Below, piece by piece: positions 1 to 15,780 of a stretch of DNA of 64,000 bases. How positions within the stretch are numbered: the stretch's first letter is position 1; each line of letters opens with the position of its first letter. The DNA comes from Flaccisagitta enflata (lineage: Eukaryota), in contig OZ231126.1 of NCBI GenBank assembly GCA_965153355.1, positions 12,462,001 to 12,526,000 of the forward strand. The letters run 5' to 3'. The notes below the pieces were generated by a model. It made no database searches. It saw nothing but the letters and a program-made list of their open reading frames with translations, and had not been told where the DNA came from. The translations under genes and the position numbers were made by a program.

Positions 1-1530
1 TTTGGGGGGGGGGCAGGAATGCAAAACAAGGGCTGATATTTTTTTTAGTTCACCATAAACCTCAAGATCAGTTTTGGGTCATGGTTTGTCATTTTACATA
101 CATTGACATTGTTATTTACACCTAAGTCGATTATTTTTGATTTTCAAATTTCATTTTTGGACTTTGACCTCCAATATAGGCGTCTTAACTTGCTCCGATT
201 GTCATAAAATTTCATGGGGGACTAGCAGTGGAAGTTGAGAAGCTACAGTTCAAATTTAATGACAATTGGACTAGTTTAACCATGGGAAGGCCCTTTTTTC
301 TGTGTTTGGTAGTGTCAAAAAATCAATTTTGGGCCATTATAGGTACCTAAAATTTTTAATATTGTCATTTTCTTTCTCAGAATGATGAATAGGATGCAGT
401 TACATGTAAATGTTCAATTTCAAGTTATTTGGACCCTTTATGATGTGATTTTAGGGTCAAAACCTCAAAAAATAGCCAAAAATGCCAGTTTTTGAGTGAC
501 AACACTTTGTTCATTTTTTTTGAGGGGCGCCAGGAATGCAAAATAAGAGCTGATATTTGTGTTTTAGTTCACCATCAACCTGAAGATCAGTTTTTGGGTC
601 ATGGTTTATTCATTTTTGCCATACATTGACATTGTTACAACCTAAAGTCAATTATTTTTGAATTTCAAATTTCATTTTTGGACTTTGAGGTCCAATTTAG
701 GCATCTTAACTTGCTTCGATTGTCATGAAATTTTATGTGGCACTGGCAGTGGAAGTTGTGAAGCTACAGTTCAAATTTTATGACAATCGGACTAGTTTAA
801 GCATGAAAGTCCTTTTTTCCTGTGTTTGGTAGTGTCAAAAAATCAATTTTGGGCCATTATGGGTACCCAAAATTTTCAAAATTGTCCTTTTTTTTCTGAG
901 AATGATGAATAGGACTCAGTTACACGTAAATGCCCAATTTTAAGTTATTTGGACCCTTTATGATGTGATTTTAGGGTCAAAACCTCAAAATATAGCCAAA
1001 AATGCCAGTTTTCGATTGACAACACCTTGTTTGTTTTTTTTGGGGGAGGGCCAGGAATGCAAAACAAGGGCTGATATTTTTTTTTAGTTCACCATCAACC
1101 TGAAGATCAGTTTTGGGTCATGGTTTAGTCATTTTTGCCATACATTGACATTGTTACAACCTAAAAGTCGATTTTTCGATTTTGAAATTTCATTTTTGGA
1201 CTTTGAGGTCCAATTTAGGCATCTTAACTTGCTCCGATTGTCATAAAATTTTAAAGGTACTAGCAGTGGAAGTTGAGAAGCTTCAGTTCAAATTATATGA
1301 CAATCGGACTAGTTTAAGCATGGGAAAGCCTTTTTCTGTGTTTGGTAGTGTCGAAAAATCAATTTTGGGCCATTATAGGTGCCTAGAATTTTCAAAATTG
1401 TCATTTTTTTTTCTGAGAATGATGAATTGGATGCAGGTACACGTGAATACCCAATTTGAAGATATTTGGATACTTTTTGATGTGGTTTTCAGGGTCAAAA
1501 CCTTAAAAAATAGCCTAAAATGGCCATTTT
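1..1530. repeat. Tandem array of ~3 copies of a ~520-bp AT-rich unit, running off the window start
   Basis: Anchor CAGGAATGCAAAA(C/T)AAG recurs at 14, 531 and 1052 (periods 517 and 521). The units are colinear with scattered substitutions. Confidence 0.92.
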
Positions 1531-2558
1531 TGAGGTTTTTTTTGTAACTATTTTTTTTGGCCCATTTTTTGGGCCAAAAAAGTGTTCAGTGTGCTAGAGG
1601 GAGTTATTCCGGACACATTGGTACCATTTTTAAGAATAGTGTATCTCTGCCAATTTTTTATCGACTTTTCAGGACCCGTGCGTAAGACCGTAACTGTGGC
1701 GGTGCAAAGCGTTTTAAGGTAGTTAAATCAATTTTATTGATTTAGAGCCTCTAAAATTTTTTCTTGTAATTGACGTTAAAACGCTGAATATTTTCTCGCC
1801 CTGAATGCTTATCCACTTTCTGCTTTATAAAACAAAAACATACAATTGGAACGGTTTCATTGCGTCTGTGATGATTTTGATTGTGTCTATGTCTAAACAA
1901 TTATTTTCGCCTCAGTCAAATGCATGTGACACAAAAAGCAACTTAGTGGTCAGTTGATCGGTCCATTGGTTTGTTGGAAAATTCATTGGTCCATCGGCTC
2001 ATTTAGCTGTTGATCTGTTAGTCCATCAGTTGGTCCATGTTTCCATCACTTATTCAATTTGCCGTATCATTGTCCCATTGAAAAAAAATAGATAAAAAGT
2101 TTGTCACCTTCATAAAACTTTTTCTTCTTATCTATGATTTTAAACAATAAAGTCTGAATTTCCATGGTAATTGGAAAGAAATTAAAACCTCAATGACAAT
2201 ATATTTTTTTAGTGGCCTCATTGATTTCTATTGATCAAAATCATTTTTGTATGACTAATTTAAGAGGGGCAATGTGACAAATATATGATTTAGGTGGTAA
2301 CAGTGGCAAAATAAAAAAAGAGACAACTTATTTGGCTAATCTTTGCTGAGCTGAAGGTTTAAACTATAAAAAATCAGTGACCGTTTGAAAGCTGTGCAAA
2401 AGATCTTTCTAATGAGACATTGCTGGTTATTCTAGCTTTCTTCGTTTTGAAACGGCAGAAGAAAGAATAAAAACATTGCCATATTCACAGTCTATGGACA
2501 AAACGAGGAGAGTAGATTTGGCTGATCACCCTTATGATGCTTAGGCATAGTTAATTTT

Positions 2559-2735
2559 AAAATGTAGGTTTGCAATTACCTCGTAGAAATTTACTAATGA
2601 CTGAAAGAATTAACGGAAGAACGATTACTACCTGTAGTAATCGTTCAAAATATAGGTTTGTAATTACCTCGAAAAAAATTACTTAGGACTAAAAGAAACT
2701 AATGGAAGAATGATTACTACCTGTAGTAATCGCTC
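2559..2735. repeat. Two-copy ~88-bp tandem duplication
   Basis: AAAAT(G/A)TAGGTTTG(C/T)AATTACCTCG...GATTACTACCTGTAGTAATCG occurs twice head to tail. Confidence 0.85.
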
Positions 2736-3574
2736 TTGCAATAGTTTCTTTCAGACCTCGGTCATTTTCTATGACCGACCGACACGGCTAGGTGTAGAGT
2801 CGCGTGCACGGTAAAAATCAGTTCTCGTTTGAAAACTCTCAGATCTTTCTAAGACTTGCAAAAGCTCTATTCTCTGATTGCATAGAAAGAATATTTCATT
2901 TATTAGTTTTAGAAACTGAATAAAGGTTTTGACAAGATGTAATTCACTTTGACGAGCTCTAACTCTTAAACGGTTTGAGTGACAAATCTGGGATTGGTCT
3001 TAAATGAAAGAAAATTCAAAAATCTTCAACAAAACGTTGGAAAAAAAGTTCAAACAAATTTTTTCTCTATGTTTTTTTATGAACTGACAAAAAGGTTCAA
3101 GATTTTCAATGTGGTTTTTACTTTCTTGACCATCTACTCTTTATTGTTATGTCATTTCTAAACGAATAAAGCTGTGACATCCAGCATGGTCTCATTTTGA
3201 AGATCTTTCAAAGAGCTTTCAAACGGTCATGGATTTTGCTATGTTTTTCTCATTTAATGAATATCATATATGGAAAAACATTTTGTCTCTTTTTTTATTT
3301 TGCCACTGTTAGGTCATCTAGATTTTTTTTCTTGTATCAAAAAGGTTTCATCAAGACTTTATCAGTCTGGCGATATAAAAACGAGTTTACGGTATCCCAA
3401 CAAATTTTCACCCTCATTTTCTTTGGGGCTTGTTTTTTCTTTTTGCCTTTGAATTCTATCCACGCGATATTGATAAGAGACATAATGAAATTAGCGTAAT
3501 CCATCACATACACCAATAAAACAAAACAAGGGGGAAATACTCGCCTTTTGAAACTCCTTTAATGAGGGGGTCTT

Positions 3575-4340
<766 letters not shown>

Positions 4341-4453
4341 TTACGGCAGATAAGACTTGGCCCTGGTCTGTGGCTGAATTTCCTTTCTTAAAGTCACCAC
4401 TTGTACGCTAACAAGGTTTGCATATTACGCACCCACATGGACATTTTCAACTA

Positions 4454-5073
4454 TTAGTTTCTCCCAATTAGCGCCCCGGGCGCTTTTGAAATTACTTACT
4501 GACATTTTTTGCCATTTTTACCCCCTAGTTAGCGCCCCTTTAAGTACTATCGATCTCATAATTTTTTCAGGGAAAGAAAGAGAATCAAAGAGGGAATAAG
4601 AGAGGAAGAGGAAATATATGCTCAAGCAAGAAAAAACAAGGCCAGATTCATGGCAATACAGTCGCGGACGGTTGGGCAAGAGCAGTAGTGCGAAAACCGC
4701 TCGGAATTCAAAAATATGATGTACCGACTTTCCGACCGACTATCCGACCAACCGACACGGCAAGTTCTAGAGTCGCGCCCCCTCCCTAATTATAATTAAT
4801 CTTGAACATTTTGATTTTCTTATTGTCTTTTTTGGTTAATGAAAAAAAAAATCTAAAAATTCATGCACGTGGCAACTCTTTCTTTTCAAACAAGGCCGGA
4901 TACACGGCCAATACCAGTTGCAAACGGGTGGGCAGGGGCGGAAATGCGCGTTTTCACACTTTTCGACTCGTGGTCACGGACGGACGGACAAAGGCTCTTA
5001 TAGAGTTGCGTGTCCGCAACTAAAAAGAGGGTGGCGCTAATTAGGGAGGGGGCGCTAATTAGGAGATATGCGG
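4454..5073. mobile_element. Degenerate TIR element (MITE-like) hosting two HINE-like insertions (4635-4777 and 4889-5021)
   Basis: TCTCCCAATTAGCGCCCC near the left end matches the reverse complement of GGGGCGCTAATTAGGAGA near the right end. Internal AGCGCCCC repeats are present. The outermost bases are degenerate. Confidence 0.5.
4889..5021 (-). mobile_element. DINE-1/HINE-like non-autonomous Helentron derivative (AGTTGCG subfamily)
   Basis: Terminal hairpin AGTTGCGTGTCCGCAACT next to an A-run, (GGAC)n tract, distal subterminal copy of the stem, conserved far end AACAAGGCCGGATACACGG, no TSD. Confidence 0.7.
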
Positions 5074-5657
5074 TAATCAACCCACAACAATTAACAGCCA
5101 TTTTTTCCCCTTTGTCATTGCCAATGACTCGATGGTTTCTGCTTTCTTTTGGCTAGTTTTCATTCACTCTCTTTGTTCATCTTTTTCATAAATCCTTTTC
5201 TTGTTTTGTATCCATGGGTTTTTAAGCTTCTTGTCTCTCTTTCACTTTTGTCGTTGTTGATTCATTGAGTTCTCCGTCCATCCATTATTCTCACCTTTCG
5301 CACTGACTCCCTGCTTTCTGTCCCTTTTTCTTTCGTTTTTTCTTTATGTATTTCCCCCTATCTTTTTATCATACTTCCTTTCTTTCTCTTTTTTTATCCT
5401 TTCTTGTTTTCATTTTTTTTTTTTGTCCTAATATTTGTCTGCTTCCGTCTTAAATTTTTTTTCTTTTTTTCTATGCCTACATTTCAATTTTTTATCTTGG
5501 GTGTTGGCGCATTTTTTGTGGCTATATTTGGCAAAATTTTGGCCCCCCTTTAACCCAATGAATATTCTCAAAAATATACATTAAATAGATCATAAAGTGT
5601 TGCTGGAAATAATTGAATAAAGTTAATAGCTGCATATGACATGTGCGAGAACCAATT

Positions 5658-5755
<98 letters not shown>

Positions 5756-6188
5756 CCAGACACACAGTTCAACTCCTTTGAAAACCGAAACCTTATGTCA
5801 TTCACTTATAATAACATTTTCTACTTAGTATTCATCACATCTGTTGAGCACTAATTCAATTTTGTCCAAACACAAACTGTTAATTATGATTCTTTTGCAA
5901 CTTGAGAGAAGGAGAAATATTGGGAGAGCCGATTTATCAGCTTCTTGGGACAAATATTCTTTTTCCACACCAGCATCTAAGTGACCTTACTCAGCTATGA
6001 GCTAGATAATGATTAGTCAAAAAAGAATAGAGGTTGTACAAAGTTGATGTTTTTTTCTTGGTAAATGACTCAACATAGTCCTCGCCATCGATTCATCATT
6101 ATCATGATTTTATATCTATTCATTCCATTAGTCTCAAGGATCATATGACTCAATAAGTTCAAATTGCTTCTTTGAAAGTCCATTTATT

Positions 6189-6386
6189 AGTCGCGTGCGC
6201 GCGACTCTATAACCCACTAATTTGTCGGTCAGTCCATCAGTCGGTCGGTCTGCTTTAGCTTTTACAAAGAGCGTTGTTGGGCATATTTTGCATTACTCCT
6301 TAGGCCAAGTTGCATCAGTTAGCCTGTTTTATCACTGTCCCTGCCCACCCGCACGCGAATTTGATTGAAGTGTATCCGGCCTTGTT
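6189..6386 (+). mobile_element. HINE-like element (AGTCGCG subfamily)
   Basis: Starts with hairpin AGTCGCGTGCGCGCGACT-CTATAA, then a GTCG/GTCC tract, and ends CCCTGCCCACCCGCACGCGA...GTGTATCCGGCCTTGTT. Confidence 0.7.
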
Positions 6387-6451
6387 ATACCTTCAAGCTC
6401 GCTCTTGTACCAGTAAAGGCGACTCTCGCCGACCGGAAAAAAATCGTAAAA

Positions 6452-7230
<779 letters not shown>

Positions 7231-8677
7231 GACAAACAAACAGAAAGGAGGGAAGGTAGAAGAGGACCACCACCAGGAATGTTGTTGGGTCTGGACGGGT
7301 GAGGACTGAGGAGAAGGAAGAAGAGGAGCTAGAGGAGGAGCATGAGGAGGAGGAGGAAAGAGGGCTGGGCGGGGATTAACGTAAATCAATTTACGTCTGA
7401 ACGGAAACACGAATACGATACAAGAAGGCTTTTTTGACTGACGGCTTATTGCCACCATAAAAACTAAGGAAAGAAGAAAAAAATGTTGTGCGGGAGAGAA
7501 AGAGGAAACCGGGTGACTTGGGGGGGGGAAGGAGTTCAGGGAAGAAAAGCGGGTTGTTTAGGAGGAAAAGGAGGACTGGGAAAGGAGGTTGAGAAAGGAG
7601 CGAGTTTTGAAAGAGAAGTACGGGTTTGGGACAATGGGCGTGGCTAGGAAACGAGGGATCCCTCGCATATTTTGACACAGCACTCATTGCATTAACCTGC
7701 GGCTGCCACACTCGACTGATTCGCGAAGTGAAATCCTGGGCTTAAATCCATCCTTAAATGGATATCCCTTGATTTAGAGCTTACATATAAGAATTAGTCA
7801 TAGCGACAAGCAACTTAAAAGTTAAAATCGATAGATTTCAACTGAAGGATTTTCATCCGAAAGAAATACTACTTCGCGATTTACAATGAAACAAAGTAAG
7901 TGTGCTGCATTTGTGTGGTCGAGATACAGCGGACTCTTCACTCGCTCAAACGCGAATCAGTTGTTCGCGGAAGGGTGGTGTCGGGCAGGGACGTCATGAC
8001 ATCAGCGCCTAGTGCTGCCGCCGTGTACGCTTCGGGCTCTACAGTCTTGTGGGCTCATGGCCTCAGACACCGCTGTTTCGCGCTTGCTGATACCGAGGCA
8101 CTGGACATTGATGTGAACTATCGAAGCACTGGATACGGGATTAGTGAACCCTTTTCATTGTACATCAGCATCCGAAAGTTATAAGAGCAGGACTCAAAAT
8201 CTATGTATGGGTTGTTTGTGTAAGCAATATTGTGTACGTTTTCCGTGCGATCGTTTTTTTTTCTATCAGAATGTATAAAAGAGATCACAGATCACATTTA
8301 TTTGACCGAACCATTGGTTGATGGGTAATATTCATGCTTAGAAACTCTGAATGGACGAAAAGCAGTATAAAAACTTTGTTTAAAAGAATTACGGCTCACT
8401 TTTTTTTAACATGAGTTCTTGTAAAAATCAGAGCAGATATGTTTTTATGTCAGACAGCAAAATGTTTGATTAGATTTACGATCATCTTTTATATCTTGTC
8501 GACCTGACTAAAGTTGAAATTTATCTGCCGTCTATCAAAAAAGAAAAAAAGAAGATGGACGGAAGCTGAATGGCAAGTAAGGCAACAGTTATTTGGTCAA
8601 AGTCTTTTTTTAAGTGCGGATCTGCGACTATATCAGAGGCTTTTTCCGTCCGACGCCCCAACCAAATTCAATCAAAT

Positions 8678-8790
8678 TCAATCAAAATCAAAATCAAAAT
8701 CAAAATCAAAATCGAAATCGAAATCGAAATCGAAATCGAAATCGAAATCGAAATCGAAATCGAAATCGAAATCAAAATAAAAATATCAAA
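8678..8790. repeat. (AAATCA/AAATCG)n hexanucleotide microsatellite
   Basis: Read directly from the sequence. Confidence 0.95.
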
Positions 8791-9355
8791 ATCACGATAT
8801 CATAATCATAATCTTAATTATAATCATCACTCCCCGAAGTCCAAACGCGCAAATGTAAAAAAATGCAACAATCTGAACACAAACAGCATCTGCCCCAAAC
8901 AGCAGCCACAAAATAAAAGAAAAGGAAAGAGGCAGAAAAAAACCTTAATCAAAACAACGATTAGACTAACCAACCGTTCATTTTAATCACCTTTTTCCCT
9001 TTCTCTGTATTTTTTATCTTGAGCATCCAAGTGGACACTGAACTAAAAACCCCAAGTAAAAGGAGCACGTTGACAGAATCTGTATCAAACCTTTTTTTGT
9101 AGCACATTGACAGAATCTGTTTCAAACCTTTTCTTTTCTTTTTTTTTGGTAGCGCGAAGAAATTGAGCCAAGTAAGAGAGAGACAAGAAAAGGAAGAGAG
9201 GGATAGAGAGAGTTATATAAAAAAGAGGAAGAAATAACAGGGATCAATAGGTATTAAAAACAACAGCTGTTCTTATTCATCATTGGTGCTCTACAGTCCT
9301 TCATTCTCCTACTAATCCGATATGACAAAAAGGCTGGAGAGAGAGAGAGAGAGAG

Positions 9356-10057
9356 TTTATACATGTACTTGCACAAGATCAAACTGTCTTGGTAACATCA
9401 GACTGATAGCCGAGGATTGACCTAATCCTAAGGGCATTTCAGAATGTTTTTGTGTTCTTTACTAATGGTGAGGTTTTGGTTCATGTAGTCCACTTCATAT
9501 GTAATCCAACAAAGGCCAACTTTGAACAAAACAAATTGGGCCGTATTGGCAACATCAGTCCAAAAAAAAGGCATGTAATTCAGGCATTGTTTCAAGGGGC
9601 ATGGGCCACAGGTATCAAAGGCAGCAACATTGGATCGAGCATGGCCATATTGGCAATTCCATATCCAGCATGTACTGATTTTAGGCATCTTCCAGCCGTG
9701 GTGGCACTTCTAGTAACAACAATCATTGACAGGATACAAAAGAGGCAGCAAGTAGTCCACAGAGGTTGGCAGTCCAATAGGTATAAGGACATCAGCAGGA
9801 GCATCCATACTACTTTCTTGACAAGACAGAACGCATGATTCGTTCACTTCCCAGCAGAGTGATTTTTACACATATCTCAGTAGATAACTCAGCAGGTATC
9901 ATTTTCAGGTAATCTGGGAATTTTTCAGAAACCACTCCTAGGCCTCCCACCACTACTGGAATGATGACGCATTCACTATCCCACATTTTCCCCAACTCAA
10001 TACGCAAGCCACTGTATTTTGTTAGCTTTTCATTTTCCCTTGATAATACATTTACAT

Positions 10058-10060
<3 letters not shown>
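9356..10060 (-). mobile_element. 5'-truncated non-LTR retrotransposon of the R4/Dong-like RLE type, inserted in a (TC)n tract
   Basis: The minus frame 10060-9810 encodes DVNVLSRENEKLTKYSGLRIELGKMW...IIPVVVGGLGVV...KITLLGSERIMRSVL-stop. This matches the D.N...E.EK..KY..L..E...W..P.V.G.LG pattern at the C-terminus of restriction-like endonuclease LINEs. A ~450-bp 3'UTR ends ...GTATAAA. (GA)n flanks both sides on the plus strand (9337-9355, 10061-10107). Confidence 0.8.
9810..10060 (-). pseudogene. C-terminal ~83 codons of an RLE-type LINE ORF (endonuclease end)
   Basis: See the motif above. The N-terminal part of the listed 130-aa ORF is only translated (TC)n and flank. Confidence 0.75.
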
Positions 10061-10111
<51 letters not shown>

Positions 10112-10620
10112 GAAAATTTGTTTTCATTTTGGTTCTTTTTTTTTTCTTTCTCCTCAAATTGCCGGTGTCGGTTTCTGTCGGTTTTTGTCGGCTTCCTTTC
10201 AAATATCGATCTTCTATTGAGACTGACAGAAATCATTTCATTGTATTCTGTTTATCCAACAAGTTCTGTTTGCTTGCTTAACTCGCTATACAAACCAACT
10301 GCAAAGAGAAGCAAAAGAAAACCGAGAAGGAAAAAGAAATTCTTCTTATTCATTCATTCGTTTCTTTTTCTTTCTCTTTCTCTTTATCCTTTTCTTTTTT
10401 TTCTTTCCCGGATTTAAATCTTATTTTCTTCCTGAATTCTTTTTTCATGAGGTCCAATTGAAGTTTCTTTTCGGCAGAGGATTAGGATTTAAGGTTGAAT
10501 TACTCGTGTTTTCTTTTCCTCACTTGTCCATTGATATTGTTTGGGTTCTCTTTTTCCTGTTGAGTTACTCCTTTTTTTTGCCTCTACATATTTTTTTTCT
10601 TTGCCACAATCGATTTTTTG

Positions 10621-10825
10621 AATCGCGTGCTACGTGACTCTCTGAGTCATTTTTCGGTCCGTTCATCAGTATGTCCGTCTGTTGGTCCGTAGGTCACATT
10701 TGGTGGTTTAGTGAGTTTTCGGTTTCGCCGGTCCTGCCAAATTGCTTGACTGGCCTCCTACACTCCAACATCACTATTCCTACCCATACACGTGGGACTG
10801 ATCCTGCCGTGTATCCGGCCTTGTT
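10621..10825 (+). mobile_element. Degenerate HINE-like element; a further minus-strand copy lies at ~10860-11019
   Basis: AATCGCGTGCTACGTGACTCT start, GTCC-like tract, end GCCGTGTATCCGGCCTTGTT. Confidence 0.6.
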
Positions 10826-11202
10826 TTTCATTTTTGTGACGCTGCTTTTCAGTTTATGCTCAAGGATGTAAATAACGCGCGGTTACAATTCCATCTCGGA
10901 CGGGGTATTGGGGTGGAAAAACGCGTTATCGCAATTCGTACGTTACGGTTTGGGAAAAGGACGGACGGACGGACAGAAAGATGGGTGGACAGACGAAGCC
11001 TTTTATAGAGTCCGCGACTAAAAGGTCATGCACAGACACAGACACAGGCACTGACACAGACTTACATGCAGATTACAGACACATGTGCAGATTCAGGCAC
11101 AGACGCAGGCACAGACGCAGGCACAGGCTCAGGCACAGGCACGGCACAGGCACAGGTAAAGGCACAGATACAGACAACGACAGGCCACTGTCCGCCAGAA
11201 CA

Positions 11203-11800
11203 CGGAATGAGTTGACTTGAAATGATCGTCTACAACTCTTACAGGTTTTGAGTCCTTGTGGTGTGTATAATACAAATCTAAAAAAAACTAAATCATTTTT
11301 GGGGCGCTTTTTGAAATATATACAAAAATAGTACAAATTTAGTACATTTTTCATCATAACTGTTTGTAATGATTTATTTTAATATTTTTGACCGCAGATT
11401 TGGACTCAGTGGGTGGCTTGCGCTTTGTTTGATATGTCACACTATATACTTTTGAAAAAAAAGTAAAAGCATATTTTTTTATAAAATCATTAAAAATAAA
11501 TGTACTTTATAGCAATATGATGAAAAAATTAACTTTTTATTTCTTTTTCAAAAACATATAGTGTGACATATCAAACGAACCGTAAAGCACTCGCTGAATC
11601 CGAATCTGCAGTCAAAAATACCAAAAAAGATCACCACAAAGAGTTATAATTAAAAATATATCAAATTTACACCATTTTTGCATATATTTCAAAAAGCGCC
11701 CCAAAAGTGATTTAGTTTCCTTTAGATTTATATTGTACACACTACAATGACCCAAAAACTATCAAAGAGAGAGACGATCATTCTACCTCAACTCATTCCG
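11203..11800. mobile_element. ~600-bp whole-length palindromic MITE (arms ~280 bp, diverged)
   Basis: Ends CGGAATGAGTTGA / TCAACTCATTCCG. Inner inverted matches are TTTTGGGGCGCTTTTTGAAATATAT vs ATATATTTCAAAAAGCGCCCCAAAA and TTTGATATGTCACACTATAT vs ATATAGTGTGACATATCAAA. No clear TSD. Confidence 0.8.
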
Positions 11801-12523
11801 CACAGATGCAGAAACGACAGGCGTTTCCACAAAAGAGAGAAAAAAAATCACCGAAAAATTGTTAAATCATGAATAAGGCGATCATATCAGTTTTTTTTTT
11901 GATAATATTTTATTTAAGACTTAATAATCACAACTTTTGGCGGAAGTAAATGAAAGAAGACTTTAAAAAAATTGGAAAGAGAAGGGGGTGAGGGTGGTGG
12001 TGGATCAGGGTGGAGGCTGATGAGTGTTTGGATGGATTATATGGTAGGTGGGGTAATTTGGAGTGGAAGATTGAGTGAAGCTGGGGGTTGGAGGTATATT
12101 AGGGTATGGGGGTAATATGAGTGAGGTTGTTTTAATTTGAATGGGAGGTGTGTTTAGTTGAGGATGAGGGTTATGTGAGGGGTTGGTTTTAGTGTGAGAT
12201 AGGAGGCGGTGAGGGCTCCCCCCTGGGGGAGAGGTTGGGGACAAGAGCGGATGTGGGTGGGGGAGGGGGGCTGAACACAAGGGCGGATGTGAGTGGGGGT
12301 GGGATCGAATTTTGGATGGGAGATGTTTATCACAAATCAATAAGGAAGTCTCGACGGAAGTATTTATGATTCATTTTTTTTTGTGTGTCGCTCTTAATTT
12401 CTCTTTTCACACTCTTTGAAATGCAAATAGACATTAAATAGCGTAAGTCTTGGATTTGATGATACAGGTTGGGTTGCTAAGATCATTCATTTTGAGTCGC
12501 TAAGTTTTGGTTCATTCATTTTT

Positions 12524-12733
12524 AGTTGCGCACACGCAACTCTATAAGAGGCTTTTTCCTGTTGGTCTGTTGGTCCTTTGGTCCGTCCGTCCATCGGTCT
12601 GGGGTCATTGAGTTGAAAGTCGGGAAACAAGTTTTAGATACTTTTGTTTATGTTTGAGTGCTGGTGGTGGGTTGGGGTGTGGATGGGGGTTGGATGCCCC
12701 TGTCCACCCATCCGCAACCCCGCGTCACTTGTT
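12524..12733 (+). mobile_element. HINE-like element (AGTTGCG subfamily)
   Basis: AGTTGCGCACACGCAACTCTATAAGAGGC start after a T-run, GTCC tract, end CCGCAACCCCGCGTCACTTGTT. Homologous to 17133-17386. Confidence 0.7.
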
Positions 12734-12956
12734 TTTCTTTCGCCGGAACTCGATACGATAGAAAGAAAGAATAAAAAAAAGGAAATTTCTAGTTCCTGCT
12801 TTTCTTTGAAGTTGATAATCATATTGCTGGCCGCCTTCTTAGCTCACCTGTTTGTTTTGATGTCTATGAATTATTAATATCATTAATACAGTATAATGCA
12901 TTGAGAAGATGCGCGATGTTGATTATGATAAGACGTTCAATGTGAACAATTCTCGA

Positions 12957-13396
<440 letters not shown>

Positions 13397-14042
13397 TTCA
13401 AGGCGGCAAGTCATTAAGAATTGAAAAGTGACAAGACTATATCAGAACGCAGCTGGGATCAAGGAAAATTAACACAAATTAGATACTAAAAAGAAGAAAG
13501 AAAGAAAACAGAAAGAAAGAAAGAAAGAAAGAGAGAAAAAAGAAAGAAAGAAAAAAGAAAGAAAGAAAGAAAGAATAAAAAGTGAATGAAAAAGAGGTCT
13601 TGAGTTTTACTAACGGCTTTCGGACATCATTGAATGTTATTTTTTTTCAAATGATGTATGATTATGTTTTGACAAATATACCATGTCAATTATTGTACAT
13701 GTTATGCTTGACCTCACCTCCTTGGTTACAACTATTCATTATAACAAAAATCTGTTATTATACATTTATTTTGGTTATGGATACACAAGCGCTTGAAAAG
13801 GAAGAAAATGCTTACTATCTTGGTCACTAAAGAAACGTGGCAATCTTATTGTTGATCTTATTTTAATATAGGTCTTTTTTACACTTACCTAATAGGTGGC
13901 TATGTTTTATGTATTTATATGGATAAAGATTATAGAAAAAGAAATACAGAAAAAGTGGTCAACTTCTAGATAGACTATAAAAGATTTCAATGTGCTCTCG
14001 AATGATAATCTTAATTTCCTATCCAATGACTTCTGTGCCAAT

Positions 14043-15106
<1,064 letters not shown>

Positions 15107-15676
15107 GTGCCAATCATTTCAACTTCAGTAGAATGATAATTGTGTAAGTAAAAAAAAGAAACTATTTAAAAAAAAATTTGTTTCAGTTCATATGACACAT
15201 ATGAATGACTCATATGACTCATATGACACATCTCTTTCATTTTGTTCTGCACATCAAATTTTAGAATCTTGGTTGCCTCTGCCTCATTCTCACTTATAAT
15301 TATTGATAAATTAATTTTGCCATTAGTTTTTTGCCATGGTGTGAAAGATGGGCATGCTTTTCTAATCCTTTTTTCTTGCCCAAACTGTATCTATACCAAA
15401 TTAAGAGCATTCTGTCTTTTAACACCTTTTGGCGAACGATCGGTGTTCACAAATCTTGTCTGCCTTGTCAAAACTTTTTCCAATTTCTGCTTTAACATTA
15501 ATAACAAGGTGTTCCTTAAATTTGTCCCACCTGCAGATCCTTAATTGTTGTCTAAAGTTAATTGTTTTATGCTGTCAACTTAAATCATAAAAGGACGGCA
15601 GAAAAGTGACATCTCAATCAGCGTACATTTAGAACGACATCCCTTCTTTTTTTGTGTGTGTGTGCCTCTGTTAAGG

Positions 15677-15780
<104 letters not shown>

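Noticed and set aside
9428-9838. ORFs of 86, 128 and 70 aa
   Set aside because: They lie in the LINE 3'UTR or antisense to it and have no recognisable motifs.
11983-12320. G-run-rich strand-asymmetric tract (possible G-quadruplex or telomere-like sequence)
   Set aside because: It has no regular telomeric unit, and such low-complexity sequence is common in this window.
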